NCBI GenBank assembly: GCA_951406725.2
Contig: OX597820.1
Span: 13,454,001 to 13,518,000 of the forward strand
Direction of reading: 5' to 3'
DNA: 64,000 nucleotides
Source: Octopus vulgaris
Taxonomy: Eukaryota
Position 1 is the stretch's first letter, and each line of letters opens with the position of its first letter. Position numbers and translations under genes: made by a program. Shown here in pieces: positions 48,801 to 62,400 of the stretch. Below the pieces are notes generated by a model. It ran no database searches. It was given only the letters and a program-made list of their open reading frames with translations, and was not told the DNA's origin.

Positions 48801-49532
48801 CTGACCAGGTGAAACTGGACTATTTCTCTGTCTACTTTTCTAAGTAGTATTCTATCTATGTATGACCTGGAAGATCCGTCGCTGCTTGACCATGACCACA
48901 ATGGAGCGTTCGGAAATTCCAGCCTATAAGGATCTGCTAGCTCAAAGCGACTTAGCAGTTCCAGGAAGCCAATGTTACCTTTTCTATCTGGACGCAAGCC
49001 AACGCAAACCACATCGGCTTTGCAAATTGTGTTAAAGTCTCCTAGCACAACTAATGAATGTGAAGTACCAAGAAACTTCTCCAGCTCTCGAAAATAATTA
49101 CTTTGCCCCTTTTGGTTGGGTGCGTAAATTGCAACCAGTCTGATAACTTTACCGTTACTGAACGTCAAATCCATGACGACCAGCCTACCTTCTGGATCTG
49201 AAAAAATTAACTTTTTCTCAAAAACCCGGTTTCTTTTTAATAGGACCAACACCCTACCCCCGCCGGTAGGACTGGCCGGAGAGAAAAAACTCTCGTAGCC
49301 GTCGAACAGCGGGAGCAGACCTCTTGGCCCCTCTAAACGGGTTTCTGTAGCAACAATGACATCCAAATTACGCAACCTGATATCATTACGGAAGCGACCT
49401 TGCTTCCTGCTTGATCCCAGGCCGCGCACATTTAAACTATCAACATAAATGTAATCCATGACTTACCTTATATCAGTGGTTCGACTTGTTCTCCTTCTTC
49501 TTCACTTTTGTCTTTTTCCCGGACTCGTGGGG
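45867..49532 (-). mobile_element. Tx1-C copy 1: ORF2 and the end of ORF1 only
   Basis: ORF2 pieces 47669-49459, 47051-47599, 46362-47237 and 46015-46569. The 3' UTR is nearly identical to 59467-59710. Confidence 0.88.
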
Positions 49533-49787
49533 ATTTCTTTATTATGATTATACAATCGTTACATAGAAGGACAAATACAGGACATACATGCAAAAAACAG
49601 TTAAGAGGTTCGATTAAAAATTTTCCATAACATTTGGATTATTCATTATAAAAATTCGTCTGTAAATTGTCCTTTACATGACCAGTAGAATATTATAACA
49701 TTACATAAACTTTTGATCTTACCGAAGTTTTAAACCCCGGCAATTTATAAGGCCCCGCAGCTTTTGTTTCCTCTCCTTCCTCCATAG

Positions 49788-52700
49788 TTAAGCTGGGTTT
49801 CTGACACCCACCTTTTTTTCCACTTCCTTCCATCTTTTCTCATACACACCCCGTGGTAAGATCCTCTTTTCCAGCCCCATTTTGCTCTTCAGATGCAAAG
49901 GATCCTATCGCGACTCCTTCCATTCTTGTTCGCCACATGCATTCTTTTACTACTGCAACCGTGCAGTGAAAACATGCCTCACCTTCCTTCGAGAGTCCAG
50001 TTGGCGGTATCATCTTAATCATAGACTCAGCCGACAGCTGTACTCGTCCCAGATGCGATAACACGTGTTCTGCGTAACTTATCAAGTCGGACAACTTCCG
50101 ACAGTGTACAAAAGCGTGCTGGACGGTTTCATCGCCCAACTCGCACCTTGGACACGTCGGTGGCACTGAAATTCCGTGCCGCGATAACTTCTCGCGAACA
50201 GGTAAAGCATTCCTATAGCACTGCCAGGCCAGGGATCTTTGGAAATTATCCAAATACCCCGACCTGAAAGTTTTTTTAAACAGGTTGGTAAGCTGGTCTT
50301 CGTCAAACCCCAGAGCCCCTCCTAGGACGTCGTCGTTTTTTAACTCTACCAGCTTTCTATAACATACCGAGGTGGTATTTCCGCAGCCGGCCTTGCCCGC
50401 CTTGTGGATCAGCGTGAGTGCCTGTCGGCACTCCTTTGCCATGGAGTCAGTTTCCATCTTTTGATGTAACCGGGTTTAAAATTCACTAAGGAGGCCGGTC
50501 TCGGGAAAAATCCCCCTGCCAGCGGACTCCACACCTTATCACCCTCCAGGTGGTGCCAGAGATGCCTTAGCCTTCAACGCATGTCTGCGCATCATCAACC
50601 AAGGCATTCCTAACCCACCCTTTAACGGTTCCTGGCAGCAAACGGAGCGCCTCACAAGTGGCTTTCCTCCTTTCCACAAAAAGCGGAAAAGGATTCGCTC
50701 CAACTTAAGCCATGAATCGGGGCAGGGGACAACGGTCAGGCGGTAGGTGATTACAGATGCAATGAACATCTGCACCACCTCCGCCTTTCCTTTCAAGGAC
50801 AGAAACCTTCCGGACCAGGTCCGTATTATGGCTTCCACCTTGCTTGTCACCTCACTCCAGTTCTTCTCCGTTTGGGAGTCTGGCCCAAACCAAACTCCCA
50901 GCAACTTAACAGGGCCATCCGTCCAGTGTCCCACGACACTGGACGATATCGACTTGCTCCTCCAGGTGCCGAGGCGCAAGCCAACCGATTTGTCCTTGTT
51001 AACCTTTGCTCCTGCCACCGCCTCGTATCCTCTGATAGCCTCCTCTACACAAGGTAGTTGGGCCTCTTTGGACACGATGAGGGTGACGTCATCCGCATAA
51101 GCAGTAACCGTCCTCCCACCTCCGATTTCATCCGAGTTACTCCCCAGCCTCTCCAACCTTCGCAGCAATGGCTCAAGAGCCAATACGTACAAAAGTGGTG
51201 ACAAGGGGCACCCCTGACGCACTGAACACTCGATCGAAAACGGTTCCGTTAGGTAACCGTTTATCTGGACGGTGGACTTGATGCCGCTATACATAGCGGA
51301 GATCCACCCGCGAAATTCAGGGCCCAGCCCAGCCGCTTCGAGGACCGTCGCCAGGTACCCATGGTCTACCCTATCGAAGGCTTTACTTTGGTCTAAATGG
51401 ACCATTACCCCGCCTTTGCCGGCTAATTTACCCACCCTATCTAAGGTGTAGCGTATAAGGTGAAGGTTGTCCTGGATCGACCTGCCTGGAATTGCACATG
51501 TCTGTGCTCTCCCTACAAGTTTCTCCACGACAACCGTCAACCTTTTTGCCAACACCTTGGCCAAAATCTTTAACTCTACATTAAGTAGAGTTATGGGCCT
51601 GTAGTTACTGATGTTATCCCCCTTGCTCGGGTCTTTCTGGATTAGCATCACCACTCCCCGGCTTACAGAACTGGGAATTCTCCCATTCTGCTGCCAGTTC
51701 GTGTAGACGCCCGCCAGTATTCCCCCGAACAAGTCCGGCATACTTTGGTAAAACTCGTAGGGCAGACCATCCAACCCCGGCGACTTCTCCCCGGCGCATC
51801 CGGCCAGTATCTCCTTTATCTCCGCGGGAGTGATCGCTCCTTCACAGCACTCCACCTCACGCCCCGCGAGCCGCGGCCCGCCGGCTAGGAAGTCCTTTAA
51901 GGCTCTCCCCCGATCCAGCGGACCACCACCCCCGAACACGCGGGCGAAATGCTGGTGAAGAAACTTTTGCATCTCCTCCTGTCCATAGATCTTTTGTCCC
52001 TGTTCGTCAGTCAAAGATTTGATTGAGGCTCTGTTGCCTCTCTGACTCTCCACACGACGGGCCCATCCGGCCACGTTAATACCTTCTCGTTTCCCAGCGC
52101 GCAGCTTAGCTCTGACTCTGCAACCTTCGTGTTTGGAGTTAAGGTGACGGTGCAATACCGTCCTTGCCGCCAACACTCCGGATGCAGAGCCAGCTTCCAT
52201 TGCCTCGTCTAGATTCTTAACTAAATCGCCCTCTAGACTAGCCCTATCTATCCTTAGCTGATTGCTAAATCTAACGGACTCTAAACGAATGGCTCTTTTG
52301 AGGGCGTGCCACCATCTATTGTTAATGATGGTGCCACACAATGCCCTCTGAACTAACACCTTAATCCGGGTACGGAAGTCTTCACAATTCAAAATAGCCT
52401 TGTTCAGCTTCCAGTACCCGGGTCCCTGTCTATGACACTTGTCTAATTGCATCTCACACGTCACAAATTTGTGATCCGAGTAAGGTACAATATGAAATTG
52501 TGGACAACTAAACGTATCCTTATCTCTTTTCTTAATAAATATCCTATCTAGATACGATCTGTGTGAGCCGTCGTTGTTACTCCACGTCCACTGTGGAACG
52601 CTCGGCTCATCCAGTCGGTAACGGTCCACTAGATCAAAGCTCTCTAGTAGACCCTTGAGGCTAGGGTTCCCCTTCCTATTGGTTGAGCCAACATTGTCGA

Positions 52701-53149
52701 TGTGCGCTTCAAGGACAGTGTTAAAGTCCCCTACTAGGATTACTGTTTTCGACGTCGCTAAAAAGGGCTCCAGGTTCCGAAAAAAACCCGTCTGTCTACC
52801 CTCGTTCGGGGCGTAGACAGCTACCAACCTGAAGGACTGTTTACTTACGTGAGTCACATCCAGGACAACCAGCCTGCCTTCTGGGTCCAGAAAGACAGTA
52901 CTTACCTGCAAGTCCTTCCTTCCTGCAAGTCTTCCTGATGAAGACTGCCACGCCTCTGCCTCCTCCTCGGCTAGGAGAAATAAATTTCTCGAAACCATTT
53001 AGAAGAGGCGAGAACGCTTGGGTCTCGCTCATCTTGGACTCGGTTGCAATAGCAATATCTACACCATGTGTCGTGAGGTCGTTCAGGAAACAAATTTGTT
53101 TCCGTTTCGACCCCATTCCACGTACATTTATACAACCCAGCTTAGCCAT
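49788..53149 (-). pseudogene. Tx1-B copy 2 ORF2 (EN + RT + CCHC), frameshifted
   Basis: ORFs 52841-53149, 50539-52998 (VGDFN, YSDH, YADD) and 49840-50457. Confidence 0.9.
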
Positions 53150-53177
53150 TGTAGGTTAGAGAGAAAAATGAATGTAC

Positions 53178-54596
53178 TCACGGTTGGGAAAGGGAGCATG
53201 ACAGTTTAAATCTGCCTGCTTCCCCTTCTTCCGCTGCTGCAGGGCTCTTGACCGGCGTTGCCACCGGGCTCTGTGTGGGTGTGGTTGCCGGGGTTATTAT
53301 CAGTTTGCCCTCCATTACCTCTTTGGTTACGTCTCTTATCAGTCGGCTCCTCAGATGCTCCTGAAGAACCTCCTCTCTCCACTCGTCCTCCCCCACCTTC
53401 GCGAAGCGAGCGGTCGCCTTCACGTCTGTGGCTCTACTAAACAATGCAAATCTTGAGAATTTGCAACAATTGTACACTCTTTCGTTGTTCTCGTCGAAAG
53501 CTATGATCCTCTCGTTCTTCTGTAAACACTTTTTTATGTCTTGTTTTATGGGGAGGGGCTTGGCAAACTGTTTTCCAATGAAAACAGTGCCATGGGGGTA
53601 GGGTTGGGGGATTTGCTTGGTGTGTGTGTCTGCTGTGTTTGCTGTTTTTTTCTTTGTTTGGGGAGGGGAGTCCTGGGTATTATCCTTTTTTCTTTTATGA
53701 GTGACTTGTGTGTAGTCCATTGGTTCTGTATGGTCCGTTTTTGTTTCCGTATTCGTCTTTTTGTTGTCTTTTCCTGTTTTCTCCCCTTCAGTGTTGGGGA
53801 CACTTTGGGGAGGCGCTTCTTCTGTTCTCTTCTTTTTTATACAATTTGATCGGACGTGACCCTTCTCTCCACACTTGAAGCATCTGGGTCTACGTCCCTC
53901 TACTGAAACTCTCATGGACGTACCGTCCTCATTGAAGATTCTATCTGGCAGGTTTTCAAGGATTTTGTTCTCCGCCTGCACGAGGAGTTCTAGGGTCTGA
54001 CCCTTCCACCGCACCACCTCTTTCCTTCTCATCTGCAGTATCGATATTTCTCGTTCAATGTTGTGCAGGACCGCCGCTGCTACCCACATGATGTCGTACC
54101 CTCTGGGTATGTCTTCTACCAGTAACTTCGCTGTACGCTTCCCCATGTACGAGGGTAGCAGCATGATGTCGTCGTTTTTTAGGGTCAACGACGACACCTC
54201 TCTCGCTACCTCGGCTGTGTCGAAATGTGCCTCGACTGTAGCACTGCGTGCACCTCTAACGACATGACGAATTTTGTCCCACACCGGGGACAGGCACTTT
54301 TCTACCATTTCATTCTTTACATCCATTATCTTCTTTTCTTTAAAGCTGTATACCTTGTAGATAACTATTCTTTCTTTAATTTCTTGTACCTTTGCCTGCG
54401 GCGGTACAAGCCTTATCTCGCCTCCTTCCACTTTTACTAGGTTCCTGAATTCGTATAATTGTTCGATTTTAAACTCGACATCCATCATGGCGCCGCCCAC
54501 CGCGGCCGAGAATGACTGTTTGGGTACTTGTTTTTCCATATTTTCACTTTTTCCCATCACGGGAAAATCCTCCTTCGACGTCAAGTCGAAATCCAT
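53178..54596 (-). CDS. Tx1-B ORF1, open frame
   Basis: MDFDLTSKED start within the 560-aa ORF 53178-54860. CFKCGEKGHVRSNC knuckle. Confidence 0.8.
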   Translation of the reverse strand: MDFDLTSKEDFPVMGKSENMEKQVPKQSFSAAVGGAMMDVEFKIEQLYEFRNLVKVEGGEIRLVPPQAKVQEIKERIVIYKVYSFKEKKIMDVKNEMVEKCLSPVWDKIRHVVRGARSATVEAHFDTAEVAREVSSLTLKNDDIMLLPSYMGKRTAKLLVEDIPRGYDIMWVAAAVLHNIEREISILQMRRKEVVRWKGQTLELLVQAENKILENLPDRIFNEDGTSMRVSVEGRRPRCFKCGEKGHVRSNCIKKKRTEEAPPQSVPNTEGEKTGKDNKKTNTETKTDHTEPMDYTQVTHKRKKDNTQDSPPQTKKKTANTADTHTKQIPQPYPHGTVFIGKQFAKPLPIKQDIKKCLQKNERIIAFDENNERVYNCCKFSRFALFSRATDVKATARFAKVGEDEWREEVLQEHLRSRLIRDVTKEVMEGKLIITPATTPTQSPVATPVKSPAAAEEGEAGRFKLSCSLSQP

Positions 54597-54839
54597 TACC
54601 TCGAAGGTAATACAAACGCAGGTAATACAAAATTTTCTGCCCCGTAGGGCGAAAATTACCGTTATACAACGGGCACTGTTCAAAACAGTTAGCACAAACA
54701 CTAATAGCACAAATCCGAACTCTCTTAAATGAAGGCAGCAAATTTCGCACAACGCAGATGAAAGTAACTCGAGAACAGTAGCGAGTGAATAGGGACGAAC
54801 ACATAGGGGGACAGAACAACCGGAGAACTTAAAATAACA

Positions 54840-54957
54840 AAATCGATTGACAAAAAACAAGGAAAAATAAAATAACAGTGAATTACGAAAAGATGATTAA
54901 ATCGATTGACAAAATGAAGAAACATAAAATAACAATGAATTATGAAAAGATGATTAT
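54840..54957. repeat. Imperfect tandem duplication of about 59 bp in the Tx1-B 5' UTR
   Basis: AAATCGATTGACAAAA...AAAATAACA.TGAATTA.GAAAAGATGATT occurs twice. Confidence 0.7.
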
Positions 54958-55515
54958 GAGGTGCAAATGTCCACGCGATCCCCGGAATCGAGAGGTTACA
55001 TTTTCGTCAGTTTTTTTTTTTCACATATATTTCACTTTTTTTTTTCTTTTTCCTCACAATCTTACCCATATTCTACGATTTCTTCCAAATCTCTGAAGTC
55101 TCTCACTGAATCCGCAGGTAGCCGCTTTCTCACTCTACACTTCGTGGAAAATATTACTCTTTCCCCGGCAGCTTCGAAGAACTCAACGGCTCCTTCCTCA
55201 GGGATCAGAGCAGTCTCCTCCCACCGGTCGGTTATCCTTCTAACCCATACATGTCCCTCCGTTTCAGTTGTTACATCGGTCATTACAGGGCAGAAATGGT
55301 AGGTTACTAATCTATAAAAGTAGTAATCCTGATTCCGTCCTGCACTTTCCTTCATCTTCCTTTTCGAAATTATTTCCTCTTTATTTTCCCCTTTTTGTTT
55401 CTCTCTTTCTCTCTTTTCTTTCTCCTTCCTTCTCTTGTCTTTTTGGCTCTTTCTGTTTTCTCTTTCTCTCGTACTCTGTTCCTTTCCTGTAGTTTCTTTT
55501 TCCTTTTGAGTACCG

Positions 55516-58500
55516 TCTGCCTCTCCAGGTGCCGAGCTGCAAGCCGACTGACTTTTCGCGATTAACCTTTGCTCCTGTCACCGTCTCGTAAACCTCTATG
55601 GCCTTTCCTACTTTACGTAGGAGGTCCACATCAGTCACGATGATAGTGATGTTATCCGCGTACGCCGAAACCGACATTCCACGACCTGGCTGCCTCGGGA
55701 TGCCACTCAGTTTTCGCAGCTGCGGCTCGAGAGCCACTACATACTAAAGCGGGGAGAGTGGGCATCCTTGACGAACCGAGCATTTGACTCTGAACGGCTT
55801 AGAAATAAAGCCGTTCACCCGAACTACCGAGTCGACGTTATCGTACATTTCGATGATCCACCTGAGGAAGCCAAGACCTAGGCCGAACTGAGCCAGAACA
55901 GACACCAGGTAATGATGGTCGACACTGTCGAAAGCTTTTGATTGGTCTAAATGGACCACTGCCCCTTCCTTGCCGGGATCGCTATTAATTCCCTCTATAG
56001 TGTATCTAATTAGATGGAGATTATCCTGAATGGACCTGCCAGGTACGGCACACATTTGTGCCTTCCCTATTAGTCCATCCGCGACACGCGCCAATCTGTT
56101 TGATAACACTTTGGCCAAAATCTTCAGCTCTGCGTTAAGCAGAGTGATGGGCCTAAAATTATCAATGACATCCCCCTTGTCCGAGTCCTTCCTGATTAGT
56201 GTCACCACTCCCCGGCGCACAGATCTGGGAATAAACCCATTCTGCTGCCAGTTCGCGTAGACGTTCGCCAGTAAGTCCCCGAACAAGTCCGGCATACTTT
56301 TGTAAAGCTCGTAGGGTAGACCATCCAGTCCTGGCGCCTTACCCGCGCCGCAGTCAGCCATGGCCTCTATTACTTCCCCAGGCGTGATCGGCTCCTCACT
56401 ACACTTCGCGTCCTGCTCCGAGAGGCGCGGCAGCCCGTCGAGGAGGTCCGTTAGGCCCCTCCTCCTATCCGGTCCGCCGCTCCCCCCAAAGAGCTGGGCG
56501 AAGTGGTCCTGAAAAGCTTCACACATCTCCTCGGGCTCGTCTATCAACTTACCTTGTTGGTTCGTCAAAGATCGAATTGTGGCATCGTTGCCACGTTGGG
56601 CTTCCACCACTCGGGCCCATCTCGCGGCATTAATTCCTTCGCTCCCCATTGCACGTTGTCTAGCCCTGACAATGCAACCCATGTGTTTGGCTTCGAGGTG
56701 CTGGTTCAAAACCAGTCTCTTGACCTTCACCTGGGCTGCCGTGCCAGTTCGCATTGCTTCCTCTAAGTCCTTAACTAGTGCTGATTCCCTTCTAACCTCT
56801 CTAGCTACTAGATCTATACTATATCTAATGGACTCATATCTGATGGCTCGCTTGAGGGCATACCACCATTTGTTGTTAATTATGGTTCCGGTCAAAGCCC
56901 TCTGAATCATTAACCTTATCCTGTTAATGTACTCCTTAATCGCCAAAAGGGACGTATTAAGTTTCCAGTAACCAGGACCTCTATTCGTCTTATCTATGTC
57001 TAGCCTACAGGTGACCATCTTGTGGTCACTGTAGCTGACCATGTGGAGCTGTGGACTCCTAGCTAGTTTCTTATCTACTTTTCTAATTAATATCCTGTCT
57101 ATGTACGACTTGATAGATCCGTCGCTTTTTTACCATGTCCACAATGGAGCGTTCGGATGTTCCAGTCTATATGGATCTACCAGCTCGAAACGTCTTAGTA
57201 GATCCTGGAAGCAAGCATTTACTTTCCTATCTGTTCGCGAGCCCTCACAGTCTACCCGCACATCGTAGACTGTGTTGAAGTCTCCTAAAACAACTAAAGG
57301 ATGCGATGTACTCAGAAACTTTCCAAGGTTCCGAAAATAATCTTGTTCCCCTTGACTGTGGGGTGCGTAAACCGCAACCAGCCTGATTGTCTTACGACTA
57401 CTGAACGTCAAATCAACGACGACCAGTTTACCTTCTGGATCTGAAAAAATCAACTTTTTCTCAGAAACCCGGTTCTTTTTACACAGGACCAACACCCCGC
57501 TTCCGCCGGACAGACGGCTCGGAGAGATAATTCTCTCGTAACCGCTGAACAGCGGGAGCGGATCTCTTGGCCCCTTTAACCAGGTTTCTGTGGCAACAAC
57601 AACATCTAAATCCCGTGACCTGATGTCATTTAGGAGGCGCCCTTGCTTCCAGTTCGTCACCAGGCTACGCACATTTATGCACCCTACATGAATACGAGCC
57701 ATCACCTACCTTTTAGTTGGTTTCCCTTTTTTTCGTTTGTCGTGGGGGGGAAGTCCGCATTATACAATGACTCGTGCAAGTCAAGATGCGGACCTCTAAT
57801 GTCTTCTGGGTATTCCCCATGCACAATGTTGTAATTTAATCTGTCGATTTTGTATACTTCCACATTCTTGGGCAACACCCTGTAAGTTTGTATTTTTTCT
57901 GCTGTTGGGACTTCATTAATAAGTTTCACCAACCTATCGTTATCATTGTTTATTGAGATGTACACCATCTCTAATCCTTCCATTTTTTTCTTTGGGCTTT
58001 GTGGGGGTGATGGACGGCGGGGAGTAGTTTGGGAGGGGAGGGAATTGTTCGACACTGGGGGGTGGGGGTGGGGGTGGTTGTTCGGGTTGGGTTGGGGGGG
58101 GGGTCTTCTCTTTTTTTTCCTTTTGTGGGGAACCGTGGTTGGGTGGGGTGAATTTTCCCCCCTGTGTGTTATTTTTCTTTTTGCTTGTGCATGGGGAGGG
58201 TGGGTTCAAGTCTTCATTTTTTTCTTTTTGATGTTTTTTTCTGCCTCACCAGTGTGAAGGCATTTTCTTCTTCTGTTGCTTTCTCTTCCACCGTCTCTTT
58301 TTTCCTCTTCTCCTCTGCTTCCGTCCTTTTTCTCTCTTCTTCTTTCTTGCGGGTGGGGCAGTCTATACGGATGTGGCCTTTCTCACCACATCCGTAGCAT
58401 CGAGGCTTTCGCCCCTCCACCTCCACCTCCACCCGCAAATTTATTTCATCGCTGAAATTGATATTTTCTGCCACCTCCTCCAACGTCTCTGGGGCCGCCT

Positions 58501-59465
58501 GTACTGTCACTTGAAGAGATTGACCTCTCCAATTCTCCATCCTGACCTTTGTTATCGCTATCACACTTATTTTTTCTTCCAGCCCCATTAGTAAGGCTGG
58601 AAGCAACCACTCCGCCTCGATTTCTGGCGGTATGTCCTCGACCTTTATTTTGGCGGACCTCCGCCCCAAATAGGAAGGCAAAATAACAATGTCACTCGCC
58701 TTAATTGGGGTTATCGAGTGCTTTCTTGCCATTTGTTCGCTCTTGAAATATACCACTATTGTGGCGTACTTTTTGCCCCATGTCACACAGTCTATGTCTT
58801 GCCATATTGGTTGCAGACACTTCTCTGCTTGTTCCTTTGTTACTCTTTCGATTTTTTTCTCTTTTATTAAAAAGGATTTGTAAATCACAATCCTTCTGTG
58901 TTTCATTTTTAATTTCTTCTGGGAGGGTGGCTTTTATATTATTCCCCTCCCTTACAAACATAGTTTTGTGTTTTTCATATTCTATGTCCTCCATCTTTAT
59001 CTCTTCCGTCTTCCGTCCGGCGGCGGCTGCGAAGTTGTATGTTTTAGCTTTCGAAGGCGAACCTTCAATAATTTTAGCTGCAGACACAGCTACACTTGAA
59101 GGCGAACCTTCGATGACTTTAACTGCAGGCAAACCTGCTTCACTTGAAGGCGAATCTTCGTCACTTGAAGCGGACAGTGTTTCCACATCAAACAACATTT
59201 TTTTTTTTGACTTCATGTCTTTTTTGTTCATTTTTTCCACAAATGTAGTGTTTTATATATATATATATTTTTTTTTTGTATGCAACGTGTAGCACTTTTC
59301 CCCTCCTTACGGAGGGGAATAACAATATCTTTTGTTATTACACCAGACGTTCAAAAGTTCAAACAAAACAAGTTTCTGTAACAAACACTAAGCAGTTACT
59401 TACAAATTACTGAAAAAACCACGCTTCAAATACGGGAAAAAATCAGACATCAATCAAATTGAATT
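55516..59465 (-). mobile_element. Tx1-D: ORF1 (59240->57702, frameshifted) + ORF2 (57702->55516) truncated just after the RT core
   Basis: CYGCGEKGHIRIDC. ORF2 shows GCINVRS, LGDFN, YSDH, VRQGCPLSPL and YADN, and ends at GLQLGTWRGR. TGATG stop/start overlap at 57700-57704. Confidence 0.85.
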
Positions 59466-59466
59466 A

Positions 59467-62400
59467 TTTTATTACTACCCACAAGGGGCGAACATAGAGG
59501 GGACAATACAATCTGATGTGGGGTCAGACACACGAATGGGTTTTTACAATAAAGCGAATTTAAAAATTAACAGGAAATTACAAAATAGACACAAAATCGA
59601 ATGATGTAACAGACCGGAAGACATTACAGGTGGAGTGGGTGCGGGTTTAGCTCGGACCCCACGAGCCCCGCCTCCCCACTGATACTTTTGGTTGCGCTTG
59701 TTATTACATTTATGTTGTATCTTTCACTCGCAACTTTCGTGCTACATCTTTCCATCGTTCTTCATACACTCTCCTAGTCAGGCATATTCTCTCCAGCCCT
59801 ATCTTCCTTTTCAGGTGAAAGATGAAATAATTCATCAAACCAGGGCCGGAGATGAACTTGCCTGACTGTAAACCTTTCATTCTCGTCTTCCATATCACCT
59901 CTTTCGCAATTGCTACTACAACGAGAAAACGAAACTTACCTTCATTCACGAGGAAATCTGCTGGGTCAATTTTTGTAATCGACTCAGTCGACAGCTGTAC
60001 TCTTCGTGTACCTGACAACAGCTGTTCGGCATAAACCCACGCCTCAGACACGTCCGGACAATGAACAATAGCGTGCGGGACGGTTTCCCTATCCCGCCCG
60101 CATCTTGGACATATCGGACTGCCTTGGCCACCGTGCCTTGCGAGTTTATCCCGAACAGGTAGAGCTCCTCTGTAGCATTGCCATGCCAGAGACTTCTGGA
60201 AGTTGTCCAGTGTCCTCGGCTTGAACGTACGTCGGAACAGACTGGCCAGCTGATTATCGTCGAGACCCAGGGTTTCCCCCAAGGCATCTTCACATTCCGC
60301 CTTTACCAACCCTCTATAGAAGAATGTGGTGGAACCCCCACCGCAGGCGTTGCCCGAGCGACGGAACAGCAGGAGAGCCTTGCGACACTCCGTGTACCAA
60401 GTACCAAGTTTCGATCTACGATTCAGCCAGGTTTCCCATCCACCGAAACTAGTGAACTTCGGAAACATCAGTTTTGCTAACGAAGACCACACCCGTTCAC
60501 CATCCAGGTAGAGCCACAGATGTCTTAACCTCAGCGCATGTCTGCGCATCATCAGCCAAGGCATCCCTAGCCCACCCTTTAACGGTTGTTGACAGCAAGT
60601 AGAGCGTTTCACTAGTGGTTTCCCGCCCTTCCACAAGAAGTAGAAGAGCTGTCTTTCCAGCTTGATCAACCACGAATCAGGGCAAGGAACGACGGAAAGG
60701 CGGTAGGTGATAACCGATGCGATAAACACATTGGCTACCTCCGCCCTCCCTTTCAGGGATAGACACCGCCAAGACCAGGTCTTGGCTACTGCAGCCACCA
60801 TGCTCGTTATCTCGCCCCAATTCTTCTCTATTTGGAGGTCTGGACCGAACCAGACCCCTAGCAGTTTAATCGGACCCTCCGTCCAACGTCCCACGACGCT
60901 GTCAGGAGGCATCGACTTGCCTCTCCAGGTGCCGAGTTGCAAGCCGACCGACTTTTCGCGATTAACTTTTGCTCCTGTCACCGTCTCGTAAACCTCTATG
61001 GCCTTGCCTACTTTACATAGGTGGTCCATTTCGGTTACGATGATGGTGATGTCATCCGCGTACGCTGACACTGATTTTCCATTACCTGGCTGTCTCGGGA
61101 TGCCGCTCAGTTTTCGCAGTAATGGCTCAAGAGCCATCATGTACAAAAGCGGGGAGAGCGGACACCCTTGACGAACCGAGCGTTTGATTTTGAACGGCTT
61201 CGACAAGAAGCCGTTCACCCGAACTACTGAGTCGATGTTATCATAAATTTGGATAATCCACCTGAGGAAGCCAAGGCTCAGCCCGAACTGTGCCAGGGCA
61301 GATACCAGGTAACGATGGTCGACCCTATCAAAAGCTTTAGATTGGTCTAAATGGACCAGTGCCCCACCCTTGCCAGAATCACTATTAAACCCCTCTATAG
61401 TGTACCGCATTAGATGGAGATTATCCTGAATGGATCTGCCCGGAACGGCACATGTCTGTGCCTCTCCGATCAGACCATCCGCGACACGCGCCAATCTTTT
61501 CGATAACACTTTGGCCAAAATCTTCAACTCCGTGTTTAGCAGAGTGATGGGCCTGAAATTATCAATGCACTCCCCCTTGCTCGGGTCCTTTCTGACGAGA
61601 GTCACCACTCCCCGGCGCACAGATCTGGGTATAAGCCCGTTCTGCTGCCAGTTCGCATAGACCTCCGCCAGTAGGTGCCCGAACAAGTCTGGCATACTCT
61701 TATATAACTCATAGGGTAAACCATCCAAACCCGGCGCCTTGCCCGCGCCGCAGTCCGCCATTGCCTCAACCACCTCCCCAGGCGTGATTGGCCCTTCACA
61801 GCCCTCCGCATCTCGCCCCGATAAGCGCGGCAGCCCGTCGAGTAGGTCCGTAAAGGCCCTCCTCCTATCCAGTCCGCCGCACTCACCGAAAAGCTGAGCG
61901 AAGTGCTCCTGAAAGGCCTCACACATCTCCTCGGGTTCGTTTATCAACTCACCTTGTTGGTTCGTCAAAGATCGAATCGTGGCATCGTTACCATGCTGAG
62001 CTTCCACCACTCGGGCCCATCTCACGGTGTTGATTCCTTCACATCCCATATGGCGGATTCTAGCCCTGACAATGCAGCCCATGTTTGGCCTCGAGGTGCT
62101 GGTTTAACACCAGTCTCTTGGACGCCACCTGAGCCGCAGAGCCAGTTTTCATGGCTTCCTCTAATTCCTTAACTAGAGTATTTTCCCTTCTAGCCTCTCT
62201 AGCCACTACTCCTATGCTATATCTAATAGACTCAAACTTGATGGCTCGTTTGAGGGCGTACCACCATTTGTTATTAATGATGGTACCAGATAGTGCCCTC
62301 TGAATTATATTCCTAATCCGGTCTTTGTACTCCTTAATCGCCAAAAGGGACGTATTAAGTTTCCAGTAACCGGATCCTCTATTTTTAACCTTATCTATGT

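Larger units (their letters stand above)
49533..54990 (-). mobile_element. Tx1-B copy 2, near full length (5' boundary approximate)
   Basis: Closely similar to 37474-42775, with a longer 5' UTR. Confidence 0.88.

Noticed and set aside
49518-54995. Possible TSD for Tx1-B copy 2 (CCCGGACTCGTGGGG versus CCCGGAATCGAGAGG)
   Set aside because: There are three mismatches, and the sequence beyond 54995 does not resume Tx1-C ORF1 as seen at 63185 onward.
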